Assembly: GCF_001194135.2 (NCBI RefSeq)
Contig: NC_068996.1
Location: 43,852,479 to 43,893,390, forward strand
DNA length: 40,912 nucleotides
DNA from: Octopus bimaculoides
Taxonomy: Eukaryota
Direction: 5' to 3'
Shown: one piece after another, positions 33,687 through 40,912 of the stretch
How positions within the stretch are numbered: position 1 is the stretch's first letter
Layout of the letters: each line of letters begins with the position of its first letter
Made by a program: the position numbers and the translations under genes
Notes under the pieces: model-generated
Told to the model about the DNA's origin: nothing
Seen by the model: only the letters and a program-made list of their open reading frames with translations
Database searches by the model: none

Positions 33687-33814
33687 CAATCAGTCTATCT
33701 ATCTATCTACTTGACTGTCTATCTACCTATCTATCTATCTATCTATCTATCTATCCATCTATTTATGTATCTCTTCCTTATGTGTGTTTGCCTTCCCAAT
33801 CAGTCAACATATGA

Positions 33815-33851
<37 letters not shown>

Positions 33852-35445
33852 CTTAAAAATTGCAATGGAGCAGTAGAAATTACATCAACCTTTTAATGTT
33901 TACTTATCAGTAAAGATATGAGACAACGAATGAACCCCCACATGAGCTCTCATTCAACCTGCTAGAAATAATGACCAAATCCCTCTCAAATCTTGAAAAA
34001 GGTAAGACAGACTGAGTACAGCAGTTTTGAAAGATCTAGGCTGTTAACTTTATTTAAACATTTATCATTTGGTGGCGAAATTTTTGTTGCAATTGATGCA
34101 ATGAAAATTTCAATGGAATTATGTTAGTGACCTCAAATATGTTTAAGTGAAGTTTACAGTTTTTATGTGCTTTTGAAGGGCTAATTTGTGTTTTCTGTGA
34201 AGGTGTGTGACCTAGAGGTTAAGTATTGCCCTCACAAATGCTAGACCATGGGTTCAATTCTTGGACTGAACAGCATGGCACATTTGTGTTCTTGAGCAAA
34301 ACACTTCATTTCACATTGCTCCAGTTCACTCAGCCATAAATGCATAACTCTGTGATTGAATAGCCATCAACCAAGGAGAATATTGGTCTACTTGCCTAGC
34401 GAGCAGGGTGGCATCATTCAAAAACTAAAACAATGGGAAATGCATTGTGACTAGCGATGTATAACAACATCTAATAGTCTGGTTGACACCGTGTTACCAG
34501 GAATATCTGTCTTCTGTGTGGCAATTGTTTTAGTTTCAACAGTCACAGATCAAACCATTTAACTGAGAAGTACACCTCCAAAGTCTCATATAGATTATAT
34601 ATCTTATACTCTGGAATATAATTATTTATCTAAATGACTTAACCTCATTTAGCTTTTGTCCTCTACTTTATGAGTTCTAGTCTCACCTGGCCTGACTTTC
34701 TCTTTAATTCCTTTGATGTTGCAAAAATCAATACTAATCAAATACTAGGACTGATGCAGTCATCAATATGCCCTCTGTTACAAATAGGTAATATATTTTA
34801 TTTCTACTGATATAAGAAATGAATGAGCTAAAATGACAAATATCATTGTGATACTACAGTTATCAGACTCTCTTGTATTGTCTGCTTTTCTGTGCTAATT
34901 TTGTAACACTGGTTTAATAAACATAGTTACCAAATTCTTTAGAGCTTCTTGATGTATTCAGATTTTATTATGATTGAAGCAATAAGGTAAACGGTTTCTT
35001 TGCCCTATTTGTGCTATTTTTTTCTTATGATGTTCTTTAGATATTTGATTATAATTAGACACTTTAAAAAAAAAGACCCCCTTCGGTCATGAGTGACCAT
35101 GGGATTGCCCCTAGAAAGTTTCCCTCCAAGGCACAAGTTTGGGCAAGGTTGTTTATGGAAGACCAGCAGTCACTTTCGTATACCAGTCTCCCCTCTCCAT
35201 ACCACTGGTGTTATCCAAGGGAAAGGCAAAGGAGCCGATACAGTTTGGCACCAGTGACATTGCAACTCATTTCTACAGATGAGTGAACTGGAGCAACATG
35301 AAATAAAGTGTCTTGCTCAAGAACACAATACGCCGCCTGGTCCAGGAATCAAACTCACTACCTCAAATCACTGAGCTATGCACCTTTATACTGCTACCAA
35401 CACTATTAAATTTTCACATTCTAGTCCGTGCTCTACAGACATGCT

Positions 35446-35487
<42 letters not shown>

Positions 35488-35488
<1 letters not shown>

Positions 35489-35755
35489 ACCATGTGAATG
35501 GCTTCTGTTATTTGAAGCTGATAGGTCCCATATCACCTCTACTCAAGCTCTCCTGATTCACTCATCCTTCCTCCTTTTATCACTCATGTTATCATCCACA
35601 TGAGATACACGAAACACAGCGCATGACCATTGTAGTGACACCATCAGCTTACAACTATTCAAAAGGTCCTTTAACCATGTTTATTTAACTGACCTCAAAG
35701 AGCCTGCAATGGTTATGGTTATTGCCCCCTTTCTCTAGGTCTACTAACAAAAAAA
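35488..35755 (+). pseudogene. Possible 3' end of a CR1/Crack/Jockey-group LINE
   Basis: YHVNGFCYLKLIGPISPLLKLS*FTHPSS loosely resembles the YRYxNGxCSxEL C-terminal motif; ends in an A-rich tail. Confidence 0.4.
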
Positions 35756-36053
35756 TAAAGTCTCCACTTTGAAAAAGCAGAACTTGAAAGAGAATGGTAT
35801 AATTTTTGCCAGTCTGTTTTCACATTTTTCGAACAAGATAAGTTACCACTGACTATCTCTACAATCCATCTATTTAATTATTTTCCCCAGTTTTTCTTTC
35901 TTTCTCTTTCATAAATTATTCTATAAGTATTTTCCTAATTAATCCTCCTCATCTTCTCAGTATTTGCCAAACTTTTTGAAAATCATAGACGTTTTTATAC
36001 ATTTATCATATTTCCTTAACAAACACATTTTATAAACCTACAACAGAAGGCTT

Positions 36054-36091
<38 letters not shown>

Positions 36092-38046
36092 GATTTTCTT
36101 TTCCATTGCAGAAGTTGTCTTGCATATTTCACCGCAAGAAAATACAGTCAGTTGTTAACTTCAGGACAATATTTTCCAAATACTGTTCTTAATATTTTTA
36201 TTTTCCACAAAAACATCATCAATTTTCCCCCGTTTTCCTGTTTTATAAACATATGAATTTGTTTCCTTTCAAACTCATTACATCAAAACTATATTATAAT
36301 CCCAATTTTGTTGATCTGTGAATGTTTACAGCTTCATTCTGAAGAAAAAGCCCTATACATTGGTCTGTTAGACACGAATATTCATCTCTGATACACTTTA
36401 ATAATATTCTGTATTAATTTAGAGAGTTACGTTTCTGGTTTGTTGCATCTTCACAATAGTATTCAATAACCTGCAGCAATTCTCTTTCATTTCTGATATA
36501 TTATGTGTATGATCTTCAAAAAAGAAAAGAAAACATAGGCTCTCCTTCTTTCACAACCATAAGCAAATATGCAGGAACTCTTTTAATGTATGCAAACATG
36601 GAAAAACAGGTTTAATAATTTTTAAAGAAAGTTGCAGCTATAATGTTAATGTGTATGTGTGTGAGAGCGCATGCATGAATGAGTGTGTACATGTGAAATG
36701 CACGTGCGTATGGGTACAAGTATAGCCATGCCTTTCTGGGTACATGGCTGAGTGGTTAAGAAGTTCACTTTTCAATCATCAGATCTGAGTTCAATCCCAC
36801 CAAGTAGTATCTTGTGCAAGTGATAGCCTCAAGTTGACTCTAGCCTTACAAATGAAAGTGTGTTGATAGAAACTGTGGAATCCTGTCAGAAGAACAACAT
36901 ATGTCAATTCAAAGTGGCAGCTTTGTTACATATTGTGTCATGTTGACTCTAATGATTAAGAATTACATTAAGATTACACATGTTTGTGAGATATTCAACT
37001 ACTTACATACTGAAGCAATTGGGGGGTAAAATTATCGTGTTAACTCTACAAGCCAATATAAATGCTAGCATTCAAATAGATTAGTTTATTTATCTTTACG
37101 TTTACAAGAATAAATTTAGGAGAAAAGTCAAGACAACATCTGCCATTCTGGTTTCTGTCACAGAAGAGGAGATAATCACTCTGAAATACATACATCCAAC
37201 AGTTTGATTCAGGAATGCTGTGAGCTGACTTGGTGCATTTACCCTTATTCGCCTACAATGAGAAATTTTCTCCGTGACAAAATACAGAAATGGCTTTCAT
37301 ACAGGTTCAAATATATCTTCTGCATATTTGAACTGGAAACAAGTTTGTATTAAATACATAATATTCTTAGCTGCCATGAGAAATTATTGAAAATTTTGAG
37401 CATTATTGTAAAGTATTCTTTGATGTTCTGACAGCTTCTTTCTATAGTTCTTTGTGTTTCTTCTATGCAGTGTTTCGTTCATATTTATTTATTTTATCAC
37501 GACTGTAGTTTAGCAATTTCAAATTCACACTGAGCTAACAAACAAAAGTAATTACCAATATGAAACAGAAACCAATTATTTTTGTATCATTAATAAATTA
37601 TAATCATTAGTAACTTTTTTTAATGTCCAAAATAACCCAATTTTGTAAAGCTTATGATGATAACATCTTCAAATCTGGCTCTCTACTAACCTGCTAAAGG
37701 CTGTATATAGTCACGTGTGCATGTGTATATCCACTTGTTTTAAAAAGGCCATATTTAAACTCAGCAGTTTCCTTTATAGTTTTATGTAAGAATCTTCTGT
37801 TATATTCAAAACACCAGATCATTAATAACAAAGTTGTTATTTTATTAAATTCTTCTGAGTTCTTCGTTATTTCTGAAAACAATAGAAACACATATAGACT
37901 GTATTTCGTTATAATAGGGTTACAAAAGGTTTATTGTATTAGACTTCTGTTTGTTCAAACAAGCTTGCCATCAGTAATTACCAAACTATGCACCAACAAA
38001 AGCCAAGTATACTTCTTTTTCTTCTTCTACCAAAAGTCCATGAATG

Positions 38047-38707
38047 TTAACCCTTTTGTTACCGTATTTATTTTGAGATGCTCTCTGTTTCTTTCAATTA
38101 CTTTAAATATAACAAAGAATTTAGTAAATAACTTAGTCATCATTCAGCTAGTGTTAGGAACATAAATTGTGACTAAGGTTTGGTGGAAGATTTTAATTCA
38201 GAACTTTTGAAAACAAGACATTTGTATTATAGAAGTAGAGGCAGTTTCAGCCAGATTGGTAATGAAAGGGTTAAGAATTGTTTCTCTATTATATATTTTA
38301 GCCCTTTTGTTACCATATTTCTGTTGAGATGCTCTGTGTTTCTTTCAATTAATTTTAAATATAACAGAGAATTTAATAAAATAACTTAGTTATCATTCAG
38401 CTAGTGTTAGGAACATAAATTGTGACTAAGGTTTGGTGGAAGATTTTAATTCAGAACTTTTGAAAACAAGACATTTGTACTACAGAGCCAGAGGTGGTTT
38501 CAGTTGGGTTGGTATCAAAAGGGTTAAGAATTGTTTCTGTATTATATATTTTAACCCTTTTGTTACCATATTTCTGTTGAGATGCTCTGTGTTTCTTTCA
38601 ATTGATCTTAAATTTAACAAAGAATTTTAATTAAGAACTTATGAAAACAAGATATTTGTACTCAGAGCCAGAGCCGGTTTCAGCCAGGTTGATAACGAAA
38701 GGGTTAA
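38047..38707. mobile_element. Tandem array of three piggyBac-type MITE units (TTAA|CCCTTT...AAAGGG|TTAA), period about 252 bp, third unit internally deleted
   Basis: Units at 38051-38270, 38302-38523 and 38555-38703. Each has CCCTTTTGTTACC / GGTAA(T/C)GAAAGGG-type TIRs and TTAA (one TTAG) flanks. A near-identical spacer GAATTGTTTCT(C/G)TATTATATATT lies between units. Confidence 0.88.
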
Positions 38708-39570
38708 ACAATGGCTAAAGTTTTATGCACTACAAAACAGCATCTCAAATTGTTTTAATACCCATCTTATCTTTCTCATTATTGATGGTGTCTATGCTGT
38801 GATCCTTGGGTAAAATAGTAAAAAATTTCTCTTGTGAGGGTCCTGATTCTAGAACATTTCATGTGTACTTTTCAATTAATTAATATAAAAGATGCATAAA
38901 TTCCTCCCCTCCTCCTCTTTTTTTAATTTTTTTTTATTGTTATGGTTTTATCAGAAGTTGAAAGGTCAATATTGATGAACATTTTTAAGACCTCCAAAAC
39001 TGGTGAGATGAGGTTATTCCTCAGACATGAGTCCTAAACCATTGTTCTAAAGCCTACATAATTTCTTATTAGAATACATTTTTCAATCCAGAATTAAGCA
39101 TATATATATATATTACTGCTACTGGTTCTACTACAAGACATCAGGGCCTGTGACAAGATGGAGCAGGTTGCACATTGTACAAGATTCTGGGGAATTGCCA
39201 GGAAACTCAATAGATAAAAACTAGTACTCACAGAAGGGAAAAAGGTCCAAAAGAAATTGATAAAGTGCTTCTGAGGGGCCCTTCGAAATGAATGCATTTC
39301 CTTAACATTAATTTAACATGACTTGCTTGAGGATTTCAAGTCTTTAATTGTCATTTTATGTTCTGAGTTCAAACCCTGTCAAGACCACCTTTAACTTTTA
39401 CCCTTCCAATGTTAATAACCAGCCAAATGAGTTCACACATCATCCCCTGCAGATGTTTGGACCCTTGCCAAAGTTCCTTTACTAGGTTCATGTTCATACC
39501 ATTTATCAGTATGCTCAAATCCTAGCTTTCTACATCACTCTCAGTCGATTACTCTCACTAGGTTGTCATG

Positions 39571-39710
39571 TCTTCTTCTTCTTCTTCTTTTTCTTCTTTT
39601 TCTTCTTCTTCTTCTTCTTCTTCTTCTTCTTCTTCTTCTTCTTCTTCTTCTTCTTCTTCTTCTCTTCCTCCTCCTCCCCCTCATCCTCCTTCTTCTTCTT
39701 CTTCTTCTTC
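39571..39710. repeat. (TTC)n / (CTC)n microsatellite
   Basis: Direct reading; it produces the spurious poly-Arg and poly-Leu ORFs. Confidence 0.95.
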
Positions 39711-40912
39711 CCATAATCATTATCCTCACCATTAATATCTCATTATCATTATCTTTGTCATCATAATCATCATCAACATCATTATTTTCCTTGCAGTCAT
39801 CTCTTTGATGAAGGTAGAATCCTGAGTCAAAAGAAAACCAAGGTTCTGTGCTTAACATATTATCAGACATCCATAGCATCAACAAGTGATGATGTTTCTC
39901 GAGGAGATTCTAGGTGTCAAACAAGAATGAGCTGAACAGGATGTTCCAAGGAACTTCCAGACTAGGGACCTTGGATAACTTCCAAAAATCCCTGGTTTAA
40001 CAGGATAAACACTACAGGCATGACAGTGCCATCAACAAGGTCTGTCTGCAGTGTTTGTAGGAAGACAAAGCTATTATAACATACTTTCAGTGTCCGAGTA
40101 TTACTGACTTGGAATGTTATGTCAAACAACTGTTGTAAAGTATAGGATGGATCTGTCAGACATTTCTATTTTGGGAATCATTTTGGTACATTTGGCTGGG
40201 AAGAAAGACAGTTTTCTTCTGCCTGGTAGCCATGGTGAAATAGATTGTATGATAGACAACATTGAAAGGACTGTAAACAGATATTTTTTTTTTCCTTCTT
40301 TTGCCAAATCCTTATTGATTTCTTCAAAGTTCTATTGGGAGAGAAAGGTGAAGGTAAAGATGGATTTATTCCCTTCCAATAAATTTGCTGAACAGTGAGT
40401 GACATTGGTACATATAGCTCAGCATATTCCTGAATGCTGAAGAATGTAGTAAAGAATAGATACTTATTCTTAGTAGTCAAGGTAGGCATCCCTTGGTTGA
40501 TTTTGGATAGTTGTAGGGTTTTGTCAATGTCATTCAGCCCAGCACTTGACAAACACTTCATTTAATCAACTCTTAGATTCTTGAAGGTATTTCCAAATTA
40601 TTTTCCTCTTTTATTATCTTTTTACAGAGATATGCAATAATGATGATGATGGTGATAATAATGATAATAATAATAATAATTATTATTATTATTATTATTA
40701 TAATCATAATAATAATTTCTATGTGTTGCATTATTTTGTCCCATACTAAACGATATAAAAGGGAATCTATGTTTATGTTAATGAATGACTGATAGTATTT
40801 TTAATTCAATATGCTAATATTTTCTTCATTTTTTTTTAATTATTTTGCAGTTTTTTTGCTTTGTTTTCAGTTTGATATTTCAAATTATTAACACTTATTT
40901 GTCAAATGAATA

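Noticed and set aside
15061-35385. tRNA-like A/B boxes at several positions
   Set aside because: They are SINE heads followed by non-tRNA cores; no complete cloverleaf, so no tRNA genes are called.
37694-37891. Minus-strand 65-aa ORF with an acceptor-like TTTTCAG, a possible exon of a neighbouring gene
   Set aside because: No recognisable domain, weak donor and no partner exons identified.
38047-38707. Regular repeat-spacer pattern suggestive of a CRISPR array
   Set aside because: Units are about 220 bp with TIRs and TTAA flanks, spacers are near-identical rather than unique, there are no cas genes and the context is eukaryotic.
39541-39885. Poly-Arg ORF resembling a protamine
   Set aside because: It is the reverse strand of a (TTC)n microsatellite.
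40080-40565. Overlapping 94-127 aa ORFs in moderately GC-rich sequence
   Set aside because: No identifiable motif or splice structure; possibly an old LINE fragment, but I cannot support a family call.

Overview
Eukaryotic, AT-rich draft-assembly DNA with ten N gaps (about 4.6 kb in total) and very dense microsatellites and SINEs. The repeat families look like octopus (coleoid cephalopod) elements; this assignment is inference from pattern recognition, not a database result. The only supported host gene is the 3' end of a + strand canonical TRP (TRPC) channel: a probable 20-nt microexon (4928-4947), an exon at 13459-13574 and a terminal exon at 18896-19334. These splice to ...HSLGYQ|DVMRRLVSRYIHQTKKQLRQDGVNEDDLLEIKQDISSLR|YELREDRK...polyQ...YTQL*. 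Both introns appear to use a GC donor (AG|GCAAGT). The rest is transposon debris: a mariner fold-back, long palindromic MITE-like elements, piggyBac- and hAT-type MITEs, several SINE families, and R4/Dong, L1/Tx1 and CR1-group LINE remnants. The most unusual signals are two different minimal hammerhead-ribozyme-like motifs in short Penelope-type repeats, the paired GC-AG introns with a competing in-frame GT donor, and a concentration of RNA hairpins in the TRPC introns. Nearly all ORFs in the supplied track are artefacts of microsatellites or N gaps.
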